Origin: a virus
Virus record (IMG/VR): IMGVR_UViG_3300038829_000038
Coordinates: 1-41,337 of that record
Direction: 5' to 3' (one strand)
Length of the DNA: 41,337 nucleotides
Shown here piece after piece: positions 14,972 through 23,971 of this stretch. Every line of letters starts with the position of its first letter. The stretch's first letter is position 1. The notes beneath the pieces were generated by a model. That model searched no databases. It was not told the DNA's origin and saw only the letters and a list, made by a program, of their open reading frames with translations. The position numbers and the translations under genes are program-made.

Positions 14972-16395
14972 TACGCCAACGGCGACACATACTCCTTCGC
15001 CCCCATAATCACAAGATCGGAATTATCCGAATGAACGAATTCGTATTGACACGTCTTATAGGTTCCGTTCGGTCCCCAGTCGATAAATGGGTACTGTTGC
15101 CCCACGCGCCCCAAGCTCTTCCAGCGTTCATTCCCAAACTGGGATCGATTGTTCACCCGCCGCCGCATCATAATCTGTGGATTCTCCGCCGCACTATTGC
15201 CGACCCCACGCTTGACATGCAGCCGAACGATATCGGATTGCTTATCACCCCCGTAGCCGTGGCTAATATGGCCCGTCCGCAACAAGCTCCGAATCGGATT
15301 CCCGTTGTCGCTGTAGATCGACCGAGCGGCCTTGTAAATCTTCCCATTCGAGTGATCGCCTACGAGATGCAGACTGAACGAGCTGGCGTAGCAATAGGAC
15401 GCGCCACGGTACCGCTCGTAGGCACCAGCCGCCGAATCCCAGTACCCCCATTTGTGCCACTGCTGCGTTACGTAGTTATAGACTAATGTTTCATCGACCG
15501 TGGGGAAATTGAGCACATAGAGCGGCATCCCCTCCATCGACACCGCGTACCCTATCGCGTTATCGACCGCTTGATACCGCTGAATGAGCCGGTCGTATGG
15601 CGACGAGACATTGACGACCTGCCGCCCCTGCATGGTTGCAAATCTCCGTTTATGATCGAGCCACATCCACGTAGACCCCACCAGCGCCAACGAGTGAGGG
15701 GCAACGGTTCCAAACGGTTGCGCTGAGCCATTGATACGAGAAAACGGGTTTTGTCCATCGTTCACCCAGAATTCGACCGTCTCACGCCCGAGGGCGATGA
15801 TTTCCCTAAACCCCTCGGCAATGGCGACCACATCATCCGGCTTCGATTCCGCCGTGAAGAGAGACAGGGCTTGCCAGCCCGTCAGATCCGTTAAATCGGA
15901 AAACATGATGACGCCTGACCCGGCATCGTTCGCCAGTGCGTACTGATCGACGGAGGTCACATGGGTAACATCGGTTGGGGCGTCAGTATCGGCCATGGTC
16001 GTCAATGAGGCGAGGTCCGTGTGCACCATTCGCCCCCCGTTTGCCATGAGCACGCGGGTCGCATCGCTCGTAAAGGTCACAGTGGAGTTGCTCCGCAAGG
16101 CCGTTGATCCAATGAGCTCAACGGTTGTTCCGAGCCCATCCGTGATCTTGAACACCCGTCCGCCACTGACCGCAATCACCACACGCCCCCGATCAAACCA
16201 GTACAGCCCATCGACCGGCTGCCCTGTGCCAAGGTCCACAAACTCTTGCAGCCCGAACCGTTTGTGCAAGTGGATCTTGTCTCCGACCAGAACCGGGATT
16301 GCGTCAATGATCGTGGCGTTGAGCTGATCGACTTCCACGTCGTCCACGCTTTCGTAGGCTTGCGTTACCAGTGGGATCTCTTGCCAATCAGCCAT
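14971..16395 (-). CDS. Tail hub/nozzle protein candidate (474 aa; role like T7 gp12 or P22 gp10)
   Basis: Assigned from position after the adaptor-like gene, from size, and from a beta-propeller-like repetitive composition. Not motif-proven. Confidence 0.5.
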   Translation of the reverse strand: MADWQEIPLVTQAYESVDDVEVDQLNATIIDAIPVLVGDKIHLHKRFGLQEFVDLGTGQPVDGLYWFDRGRVVIAVSGGRVFKITDGLGTTVELIGSTALRSNSTVTFTSDATRVLMANGGRMVHTDLASLTTMADTDAPTDVTHVTSVDQYALANDAGSGVIMFSDLTDLTGWQALSLFTAESKPDDVVAIAEGFREIIALGRETVEFWVNDGQNPFSRINGSAQPFGTVAPHSLALVGSTWMWLDHKRRFATMQGRQVVNVSSPYDRLIQRYQAVDNAIGYAVSMEGMPLYVLNFPTVDETLVYNYVTQQWHKWGYWDSAAGAYERYRGASYCYASSFSLHLVGDHSNGKIYKAARSIYSDNGNPIRSLLRTGHISHGYGGDKQSDIVRLHVKRGVGNSAAENPQIMMRRRVNNRSQFGNERWKSLGRVGQQYPFIDWGPNGTYKTCQYEFVHSDNSDLVIMGAKEYVSPLA

Positions 16396-17285
16396 TAGAA
16401 GAACTGTACCTTATTGTGAATATCATTCGATTTCGGCCTGGTGCTCGGGAAGATATCCGTGAAGCTCCCCTTGAGCATCGCCGCCAGCATCTCCATCTGT
16501 CCTTGCGGGATACGATACACCTGTCCGACGTCAATGGCGAGCCGTGTGACCAATAACCGAGGCCACGAGATCGGGAAGTCCGGCGTGGTACTGGCGCTGG
16601 CGAAATCAAAGATTGGGCGCTTGATGACCAGGCGGATTGCTTCTGCCGCCGTGTATGCCGTTCCGAGCGCCCATGTCGTTGTGGCGCCAGCACTCAACTC
16701 CCACACCATGCGCCAATTCGCGCCATCGACCGGCTTATTGGTTGCCGAGGCGGTATGCGGGTAGATGCACTTATAGATATTCCCATCGGTGCCTTCCACC
16801 TGCGATTGAGCGGTGACGCTGGATAAGTAGGGAGAGACGTAGAGCCGACGCTGCTCTAACCGTGTGTCAGTGGTTAAGTAGACAGCGTGCGGCTCTCCAT
16901 GGCCCAGTTTATCTTGAATGGCTTCGTAACCTTCCGATTTCAGTATTTTGAGCGGCGCTGAGTCCCGCCCATCCTTCGCCCGGTACACTGCCGACACAAT
17001 TTCAGAAATGTTATTCGGCAGCCCATTCTGTACGTCGTACACCCCGACCCCCGCTTCAAGGGCCAGATGAGACGGCTGCTGAACCGTCCAGACCCAATTC
17101 CCAGAATGGTCCACCTCCCGAACGATCAGACTGAGCTTCACGATCCCGACGTTGAGCTGTTCCGGTGTCAGCCCTTCCCCTTCAGCCCACAACCCAGCCG
17201 ACTTAAACGCCTCCTCGATCAGTTGATCCCGCGTGAGCGTAAAGTCTGCGGTTGATCCAACGGTTCCTAGGTACCCACCCGGCAT
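16395..17285 (-). CDS. Tail adaptor / tail tubular protein A-like candidate (296 aa)
   Basis: The N-terminus TRDQLIEEAFKSAGLWAEGEGLTPEQLNVGIVKLSLIVREV resembles podovirus gp11-like proteins. The insert IYKCIYPHTASATNKPVDGANWRMVW resembles a carbohydrate-binding motif. Confidence 0.5.
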   Translation of the reverse strand: MPGGYLGTVGSTADFTLTRDQLIEEAFKSAGLWAEGEGLTPEQLNVGIVKLSLIVREVDHSGNWVWTVQQPSHLALEAGVGVYDVQNGLPNNISEIVSAVYRAKDGRDSAPLKILKSEGYEAIQDKLGHGEPHAVYLTTDTRLEQRRLYVSPYLSSVTAQSQVEGTDGNIYKCIYPHTASATNKPVDGANWRMVWELSAGATTTWALGTAYTAAEAIRLVIKRPIFDFASASTTPDFPISWPRLLVTRLAIDVGQVYRIPQGQMEMLAAMLKGSFTDIFPSTRPKSNDIHNKVQFF

Positions 17286-17294
17286 AGCGCCTCC

Positions 17295-17726
17295 TTACCG
17301 TCCGTATCCTGCCTCAATAAGATCGTGCGCGAGTGTCCTGCCGCCTCGCTCCACCTTGCCGACGATCCGATCAATCGTGGGCTTCCCACAAGTCGCAATG
17401 CGAAACGGCCCCTTCGCCAGCCAATCCTTCGTAAAGGCTTTAGCCTCAGCCCATCCCGACTGATTCCGCTCTGGTGTGTTCACTCCTTCGACCCGAATCT
17501 TGACCACCCCACCCGGCTGAAACGCGAAGAGATGGAACGTATCACCGTCCGGTTGATTGACCACCGCACCAGGAGGCACATCAATCGTTAAACACCCCCC
17601 GGCGTTCGCCTTAAACGGGATGAGGATAGCCAAAACCGTGAGGCCGAGCAGGCAGAGCGCGATGAGCACGAGCAAGAACAGATCGATACTCACCCAGTTC
17701 TGCCACGGTCGTTGAGGAGGTTTCAT
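17295..17726 (-). CDS. Membrane-anchored staphylococcal-nuclease (SNase)-like protein
   Basis: N-terminal TM helix (VSIDLFLLVLIALCLLGLTVLAILI), then DGDTFHL..KIRVEGVNTPE...GWEAKAF...DRIVGKVERGGRTLAHDLIEAGYG, which matches the thermonuclease pattern DGDT..R..G.D.PE..G..A..DRYGR....L...G.A. Confidence 0.65.
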   Translation of the reverse strand: MKPPQRPWQNWVSIDLFLLVLIALCLLGLTVLAILIPFKANAGGCLTIDVPPGAVVNQPDGDTFHLFAFQPGGVVKIRVEGVNTPERNQSGWAEAKAFTKDWLAKGPFRIATCGKPTIDRIVGKVERGGRTLAHDLIEAGYGR

Positions 17727-18199
17727 TTCTTCTCCGTGGGCGTGGAGTGGTAGAGCATCTGATTCTTCGATTCGCTGCTCGCACTAGAGCCCAGCCAATA
17801 GCCAATCACCGCAGACAAGCCCGAGATGAGGGCGACACTGTTCATGTTGATAATCTGCTTGCCCAGCTCATCCAGCTCCTTCGGGGTGCCATTGACGAGA
17901 ACATAGATACTCCCCCCGAAAAACCCGAGCACGATGACGGCTGAAATCAGACCAGGCCAGAGGCTCTTGGTTTGGATCTGCATGGCTCTGGCATTCTGCA
18001 CATCACTGACCATGATTTCCACGGCCTTCAGCTTCTGCTCGGCCAGGGCAATCTTCATCTGCACTTTCTCTTCAGATGAGACGTGGAACTCGTCGATGAT
18101 CTTCCCGACACCATCGAAGACACCCGCAATCGCGTCCTTTGCCGCTTGCCCGACTTGCCCCCCAGGGCTCGCGCTGGTCATCCACTCAAAAAATCCCAT
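17723..18199 (-). CDS. Holin candidate (158 aa; resembles the 3-TM GTA-type holin family)
   Basis: Cytoplasmic N-domain with EEKVQMKIALAEQKL..DVQNARAM, followed by hydrophobic segments. GGAGGTGA upstream. Lies downstream of the endolysin gene, with the 81-aa gene between them. Confidence 0.5.
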   Translation of the reverse strand: MGFFEWMTSASPGGQVGQAAKDAIAGVFDGVGKIIDEFHVSSEEKVQMKIALAEQKLKAVEIMVSDVQNARAMQIQTKSLWPGLISAVIVLGFFGGSIYVLVNGTPKELDELGKQIINMNSVALISGLSAVIGYWLGSSASSESKNQMLYHSTPTEKK

Positions 18200-18202
18200 A
18201 CC

Positions 18203-18448
18203 TCACCTCCCTCGCACCGCGACCCATAGGGCATCGGTCGCTTTATCAATATGTTCGTGACGTTCATCATCCTGTCGTTCGTGCATCCCCTGCCACGTTT
18301 CCATTTTACCAACTCGTCCGTTGATCTGTCCAAGCCGAGCGTCGATCTTGTCGAGGGCATCAATGATCCGTTTCAGTCCCCACCAGGCCACCACACCGAC
18401 CGAGGTAATCGCCGCCAGAATGAGCCCCTCAATGATTCCCGTTGTCAT
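18203..18448 (-). CDS. Small single-TM coiled-coil protein in the lysis cassette (81 aa; holin, antiholin or spanin-like)
   Basis: MTTGIIEGLILAAITSVGVVAWWGL followed by a charged helix. ATGA overlap with the endolysin stop. Confidence 0.5.
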   Translation of the reverse strand: MTTGIIEGLILAAITSVGVVAWWGLKRIIDALDKIDARLGQINGRVGKMETWQGMHERQDDERHEHIDKATDALWVAVRGR

Positions 18449-18873
18449 GTCTCGGCACTCCCGCGCATCATGCCAGCCAATTCCAGCGCCCGACTCTTCA
18501 CCTGTTTGGCCCAGAGGCTATCGAGCATTTCATCGGCTGCCGTGTCGTAGTTGCCCATCTCCACCGCTTGCAGGAACTTCACGAACTTCTTCAGGCCAGC
18601 CAGCCCAAGGTTAAAGGTCATGTCGAGAATCACCCACTGCCGAGGCTGTGTCAGATCCGCGTACCACGGAAAGGCATGGGTCACTTCAAGTTGGATGTCC
18701 GTCAAGTCATCTCGAAAGATCTGATCCGCTGCCGTCTTCGTGATCGGCTTGTCCCTGAGATTGTGGCCGTAGCCAATCGTTTCGATGCCCAGCGAATCGA
18801 GATACATTCTCAGATCAGGCTTGCCCGCCCTGCACTCATGCCGCGCAATGAACTCGGCCAGCGTTTCACTCAT
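18445..18873 (-). CDS. Endolysin, T4-lysozyme type (GH24)
   Basis: HECRAGKPDLRMYLDSLGIETIGYGHN carries the Glu-8aa-Asp-5aa-Thr catalytic triad pattern of GH24 lysozymes. Confidence 0.9.
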   Translation of the reverse strand: MSETLAEFIARHECRAGKPDLRMYLDSLGIETIGYGHNLRDKPITKTAADQIFRDDLTDIQLEVTHAFPWYADLTQPRQWVILDMTFNLGLAGLKKFVKFLQAVEMGNYDTAADEMLDSLWAKQVKSRALELAGMMRGSAET

Positions 18874-19049
18874 AAATGTTCCCCCGTCCGTTCACCCGGT
18901 TTCTGACTGATGCCATCCCATCGATGGTTCCGGCTCGCATCCTCCGTGGTCCATTCGCACCCCCAGCACTTCCATGGTGACGTGAGCGTTTCCTTTTCCA
19001 GGACCCGCCCACAGGCTTTACACTTGGTCTGCCAGTATTGGATGGTCAT
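18870..19049 (-). CDS. 59-aa zinc-ribbon mini-protein (below the track cutoff)
   Basis: Hand translation is MTIQYWQTKCKACGRVLEKETLTSPWKCWGCEWTTEDASRNHRWDGISQKPGERTGEHL. The ATG directly follows the stop of the 904-aa gene, and its own stop overlaps the endolysin ATG. Confidence 0.5.
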   Translation of the reverse strand: MTIQYWQTKCKACGRVLEKETLTSPWKCWGCEWTTEDASRNHRWDGISQKPGERTGEHL

Positions 19050-21764
19050 TTAATAGCCTGCAATGGCGCCTGGTTGGGTGATGAGTATCGACGCCGTACC
19101 GTTCGCCCCATAGACCAGCGCCGTACCGTTACTGTTGTACCAGCGACACGCTATCACATCATTCGCCGTTGCGGTGAATTGCACTGCCGCCTCCATCTCG
19201 ACTCGTTCGCCGGGGCTGAGTGATGAAACGACATACGCTGTTGTCGTATCCCGCAACACGACCCCACCACGGAACTGCCCGGTATTGAGCTTTTGCAACA
19301 CCCCGCTTCCAGTTGGGGGGATAGGATTTTCGCTCGACTCTGGGCCTGGGCCGTAATAGCGGAACACGTTAGACCCGAACGTATCCAAGACCGGCGTATA
19401 CCCACCGCCATTGAGACTGCAATAGAGGGCCGGGGTGAACGGGGCGGATACATCGACGCTCGCTTCTATCTCTCCACGAATACGCGCAAACCCTTCCGGC
19501 CTCAGCCTGGCCTGAGTATTCTTCGCGACTGCTTGCCCGACAGACAACTCAGTTCCGAAGCCGTTAAACACTTGGTACTGCGTCCCTGTGAGGATCGCGC
19601 CAGACACAGGATCAGGCGTCCCCGCAATCAGCGATACTGCGATTTTCGCTTGGTAGACATTGCTCCCCGTCGAATTGGACATTACGCCGCCAAGCTGCCC
19701 ATTCTGCGTGGAGGCTTCCAGCCTGAGCGAGACGGTGCTATGCGCTAAACTGTCATACCCGGTCTGGTCTGGTCCGTGCGTGAATGTCGCGCCAGATGAC
19801 GAGACCGTGCAATCCACAACGAGTTCGCTCACGTTCGTTGCCACCGTGACGGACAAGGACCCCGCAAGCCCAGGCGTGGACCCACCAACCTCCGTACCTA
19901 GGCCACTGGTCGAGTCAAATTCCATCGACCGACCGAGAGCCCCGGAAATGGCCCCCGTTAATGTGGCCGCGATCGTTCTCACGCCGCTTGTAGGGGACGC
20001 CAGTTTCCACAGCTCAACGGCCCGATACGCCGGGGCCGTCACCTGCCGCTTCACCAGCGTCATAGCCGACCCGCTGACATCAATCCCTGAGACCGAGCCG
20101 ACATTCCCGGCATTGTCACGCAACCCTACACACACCAAGAGCTGATCTTGGCTTGCCGTAATAGTGTGATTCCATGATAGGGGAGTCGCCGTTGTGACGA
20201 GTGAAGAGGCCGCCGTGGTTCCCTTTACCACGGTGGTAGCCCCCCCACCGCCACCATACCCGGCAGGGAACGAACACCCGCCCGCATTCACATTCAGGCG
20301 CGTATGGATATCGTGTACCGAGGCCCCCGCCACTCTATTGATCCCGTCATCCGTTGCGGCCCCATGTGGGAATGCTCCCGTCACCGGGTCCCAAAGCGGC
20401 GTTGTGGTCAATACCCCGTCGCGGTATTGGTAAAGAATCGTCGCGCCGATATCGCTGCCATCTGATCCTACCCCTTTTGCTGCGGCGCCGTCCGGTATCC
20501 AGAGTTTGCAGGTCCCTATGCCCGGATCTGTCGTAGCGGCATTCGTCCAATTGGACGGAAGCACCGGAGAATAGGCAGCGCCATTGCCGTAGGAAATTAG
20601 TCGGTCTCCACTCCATGTATCATGCCCAGAAATCTGAAACCCTGTGGATGTCACACCTTTGACCAGTGTATTCGTAATCGTGATCGAGTTTTCCGCCGGT
20701 GTGGCTCCGGTCGCGGAATCCTCCGCGTAGATTCCGCTGCCAGTAGTACCCGCTCCGAGAACCGTCACATGGTCGATGGTCCCGGCAACGCAAGACTCGC
20801 ATCTGATTGCTCTAGAGAGTGATCCCCAGTCCACGATAGCGACGTGTTTGATGGTGAAATTCTGGGGGCTGTAATTGATCCCGGAGGCGGTTCGGCTGTA
20901 TGGGTGAATGGCGTTCGCAGTATTGCACTTGTAGCAAATTGACCCCAAGATTTTCGCCCCAGACATCAGGATGCTGCCCCCGTAGTTCGCGTTCAGCCCA
21001 CTCATGTACATGGGGCTTTCCGTGCCATCCGCGATTGAATTCTCAAGGATGCAATCCTTGCAGGGGTAAAACGTAAATAGCGCGTCTCCGCTGCCCAGGG
21101 CCGCCCCGCCCTCGCTGAACCCCCCAGCAATCTTCCCGCCTCGTGGGTTGCAGTATTGCTGCCGCACAGTCACCCGCTGAGAGGTGAACCCCATCACGCA
21201 ATGACGCCCGAAGGTATACCCCTCATTCCCTTCAAATAAGATATCTTGCGAGTTGATCGTGTGGAAGACGTGTGTGTTTCCGTACCTGTTTGGATTGGCC
21301 CCCACGTTATTCCTGAATTCGATATGGTGACTCCCGGACGCGGCGAACGGAAATCCTAGTTCTGTGGCCGCGTCCGTCACGTAGTTGTTATCCGCCGACC
21401 GACCATAAAGCCCGTAAATACGGATATAGGCACTGTTCTGTATCCTGACGGCGTAACCTGTGCCATTGTCGAAGATCTTGGCCTTGCGTTCATTCAATGA
21501 TGTAATGGTGTATTCAGCGCCTTGCGTGCACACACGGCTTGTGAGGTTTATTTTCCCCGTGCTCGTCCCATCCCCGTACGTCCCATCCATAAGGAACAAC
21601 ACATCACCACATGAGCTATTCGCAAACGCATACGTAAAGGTAAGCCAGGGCGTACTCGTCGTCAGCCCGTTATCGGAGTTGGACCCAGTGGGAGACAGGT
21701 AATAGGCCGTCGCCCCGGAGAGCGAAGGCATCGCCAGTAGCACAAGCAGAAAAACTACCATCAT
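19050..21764 (-). CDS. Right-handed beta-helix (pectate-lyase-like) polysaccharide depolymerase/tailspike-like protein with a signal-peptide-like N-terminus (904 aa)
   Basis: MMVVFLLVLLAMPSLSGA|TAYYLSPTGSNSDNGLTTSTPWLTFTYA is a typical start for secreted beta-helix enzymes. Repeated N/G-rich coils include RIQNSAYIRIYG, HHIEFRNNVG and ILFEGNEGY. Confidence 0.7.
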   Translation of the reverse strand: MMVVFLLVLLAMPSLSGATAYYLSPTGSNSDNGLTTSTPWLTFTYAFANSSCGDVLFLMDGTYGDGTSTGKINLTSRVCTQGAEYTITSLNERKAKIFDNGTGYAVRIQNSAYIRIYGLYGRSADNNYVTDAATELGFPFAASGSHHIEFRNNVGANPNRYGNTHVFHTINSQDILFEGNEGYTFGRHCVMGFTSQRVTVRQQYCNPRGGKIAGGFSEGGAALGSGDALFTFYPCKDCILENSIADGTESPMYMSGLNANYGGSILMSGAKILGSICYKCNTANAIHPYSRTASGINYSPQNFTIKHVAIVDWGSLSRAIRCESCVAGTIDHVTVLGAGTTGSGIYAEDSATGATPAENSITITNTLVKGVTSTGFQISGHDTWSGDRLISYGNGAAYSPVLPSNWTNAATTDPGIGTCKLWIPDGAAAKGVGSDGSDIGATILYQYRDGVLTTTPLWDPVTGAFPHGAATDDGINRVAGASVHDIHTRLNVNAGGCSFPAGYGGGGGATTVVKGTTAASSLVTTATPLSWNHTITASQDQLLVCVGLRDNAGNVGSVSGIDVSGSAMTLVKRQVTAPAYRAVELWKLASPTSGVRTIAATLTGAISGALGRSMEFDSTSGLGTEVGGSTPGLAGSLSVTVATNVSELVVDCTVSSSGATFTHGPDQTGYDSLAHSTVSLRLEASTQNGQLGGVMSNSTGSNVYQAKIAVSLIAGTPDPVSGAILTGTQYQVFNGFGTELSVGQAVAKNTQARLRPEGFARIRGEIEASVDVSAPFTPALYCSLNGGGYTPVLDTFGSNVFRYYGPGPESSENPIPPTGSGVLQKLNTGQFRGGVVLRDTTTAYVVSSLSPGERVEMEAAVQFTATANDVIACRWYNSNGTALVYGANGTASILITQPGAIAGY

Positions 21765-22507
21765 TGCAGCACCATCGGCATGGCATGCCGTCCTGTGGCA
21801 ACAGCCGCCTTAATGCTAATCGTACAGGCCGACCAGGCTTGGCTCGTGCCGAGCGTCCAGTCCACCGTATACGCCGTGGCCGTGGTTGCGACTCGATACA
21901 GTAAATTGAAGGCGTCCAAGGAGGATTGATTTTCAGAAATCTGCGTGTAGCTTCCGCCAGGGGTCACGCCAGCCGACGTTTGAAACCCCACCAGCCCAAG
22001 AATGAGGGCGTTCGCCGATGCGGTCGTGATGCCGTCTGACGGGCTCGTGCTGGTCCCTGTCGAAGACCCGCCATTGACATCAAGGATACTGCTCGTAGCC
22101 GTCCCGGAAAATTCCCCAATGCCAAACACAATTTGATTCGCGCTGGCGTCCAGTGTGGGATTCACCGTCACCGTATTGGACCCGCTTGACGGGGCAATCC
22201 CGACCGCAATGAACGGCGTCGCGGTCGAGCTCGCGGTGAGCGCCGTACACGCATAGACCGTGTAGCTCGTCCCTACCGAGTCCGTCACGGAATACCCCGT
22301 AGTCCCGCCCGTGTCGTAGGCGTTCCCGCCGACGACGAGCAGATTGCCAGCCGTCACATTGCCGGGATAGGCGAGCGCCAGTGAATCACACGAGGTACAT
22401 TCAGACGCGGTGTTGCGTTGGCCCGACAGTTCGGTAATCGCGGCGTGCGCCCAGTGCGCGGGCATCACCAGTAGAATGATGAGGCAGGCGGCTACAAATG
22501 TCCGCAT
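21761..22507 (-). CDS. Signal-peptide-bearing beta-rich protein (248 aa)
   Basis: Start set at MRTFVAACLIILLVMPAHWAHA|AITE (ATG 22507, TAATG with the upstream stop). The body resembles the C-terminal third of the 904-aa protein. Confidence 0.6.
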   Translation of the reverse strand: MRTFVAACLIILLVMPAHWAHAAITELSGQRNTASECTSCDSLALAYPGNVTAGNLLVVGGNAYDTGGTTGYSVTDSVGTSYTVYACTALTASSTATPFIAVGIAPSSGSNTVTVNPTLDASANQIVFGIGEFSGTATSSILDVNGGSSTGTSTSPSDGITTASANALILGLVGFQTSAGVTPGGSYTQISENQSSLDAFNLLYRVATTATAYTVDWTLGTSQAWSACTISIKAAVATGRHAMPMVLQ

Positions 22508-23967
22508 TAGTCGCTCCAGCTCGTGACGCTGTATTCCATCATGAAGCCCACATGATGCAGCGTGGCGGCTGCCGTGGTAGTCCCTGCCGCATCGAGTTCG
22601 TAATACCAATAGAGCATCGGCGCACCCGTGCAGGTTCCGTTCGGGGTAATAGCGGCGCTGGCAGTGAAATCGTTCCTCGCTCCACCCGTCACCCCCGCAT
22701 CATCAATCGCAATCTCGGTACCCCAGGTGCTATTGACCACAGCCCCATTCCCTCGGCATTGCGCCGCGACATCGCCGTGTAGGGCGTTCGTATCAGCCGC
22801 CGTCTGGATGTACACATGGGTTAAGGTGATCGTGCCGCCGTCGTAGGAATCAGGCATTTTCACCGCCCCAGTCAGGCGTGAGCCGTTGTTATCCGCACAG
22901 ATGAAGGTCGGAATCTTCGGGCCGCTGTTGATCGTCACCGCTGTTGGGTCAGTCGGGCAATTCGTCCCATCCCCGTACAGGTTTGCCGCACCGAACCAGA
23001 TCGACTTAATAGGGCGATAGCTCGCGCCGAACGTGTACTTGCTCCCCATGCCGGACGCCCCCGGCTCGATCTGCACAATCACATTGCCCGATGAATCTTT
23101 GAGTATCCATTGCCTCCCTGATCCAATCACCACCTCAATGTTCAGATCGTTCTCGACGCCGTTCCGTACCCCTCGGATCGTCGGCGTGCCATTGGAGTGC
23201 ACGTAGATGTAGTAGCAATCGTCCGTCAAGAGGCCAATCCCACAGATCTTCACCGGTGAGACTTCGCTCGTCGATGCAGCGGTGGTCAGCGTTTGCGGCC
23301 AGCCCGTCGCTGGCACAATGCCAGGGGTATAGACATAGTTGGTGCCGTCCGATTGGATGTCGGTGCTTTGCCCTGTTGTCAGTGTCAAGTCAGTATCGCC
23401 CTGGATGGAGCTGGTTGTCGGTGTGATGATGACATCGCCTGCACCTCGGTTGAGGGCGGTAACGCGGAATGTTGCGGTAAACCCGCTCGTCCCAGCCTGC
23501 GGGAGTGTCACCGCAACGGTCGCCGCGTTGCTGAACTCCACTACGCAGTTGTTATCCGCCGCCACCACGGTATACGATACGTCACTGACGAGCCGGTAAC
23601 AGGAAGCGGTCCCACCACCACCCCCACCCCCAGAGAAATCGTTGACATCGAAGATACCGATTCGTCGCGTCTTACTGGCATCGAAGGTGATCCCAGGATA
23701 GGAAAAGGTAATGTCATAGACGCCATTCGAGGCATAGAAGTTCAAGCTCCCGTCAAGCGCGTTCGTCAGAAATGGGTTGGGTTTCGCCGTCGAGACATTA
23801 TCGCTATAAATCGTCGCAAGCGTAGCCGATCCGGCATTCTTCACGGTCACGGTGGCGCCGGTAATGGCTCGCCCGTACTGATCGCGCAACACTTCGGTAT
23901 ACTGTTCCATGCTCCAGGAAGGGACCGCCTGCATAAGGAGCACTGCAAGTAAGAGCCACAGCCTCAT
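22507..23967 (-). CDS. Signal-peptide-bearing fibre-like protein (486 aa)
   Basis: Start set at MRLWLLLAVLLMQAVPSWS|MEQY (ATG 23967). The mature N-terminus GATVTVKNAGSATLATIYSD..NPFLTNALDGSLNFYASNGVYDITF looks like a fibre/spike N-domain. Confidence 0.6.
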   Translation of the reverse strand: MRLWLLLAVLLMQAVPSWSMEQYTEVLRDQYGRAITGATVTVKNAGSATLATIYSDNVSTAKPNPFLTNALDGSLNFYASNGVYDITFSYPGITFDASKTRRIGIFDVNDFSGGGGGGGTASCYRLVSDVSYTVVAADNNCVVEFSNAATVAVTLPQAGTSGFTATFRVTALNRGAGDVIITPTTSSIQGDTDLTLTTGQSTDIQSDGTNYVYTPGIVPATGWPQTLTTAASTSEVSPVKICGIGLLTDDCYYIYVHSNGTPTIRGVRNGVENDLNIEVVIGSGRQWILKDSSGNVIVQIEPGASGMGSKYTFGASYRPIKSIWFGAANLYGDGTNCPTDPTAVTINSGPKIPTFICADNNGSRLTGAVKMPDSYDGGTITLTHVYIQTAADTNALHGDVAAQCRGNGAVVNSTWGTEIAIDDAGVTGGARNDFTASAAITPNGTCTGAPMLYWYYELDAAGTTTAAATLHHVGFMMEYSVTSWSD

Positions 23968-23971
23968 AATC

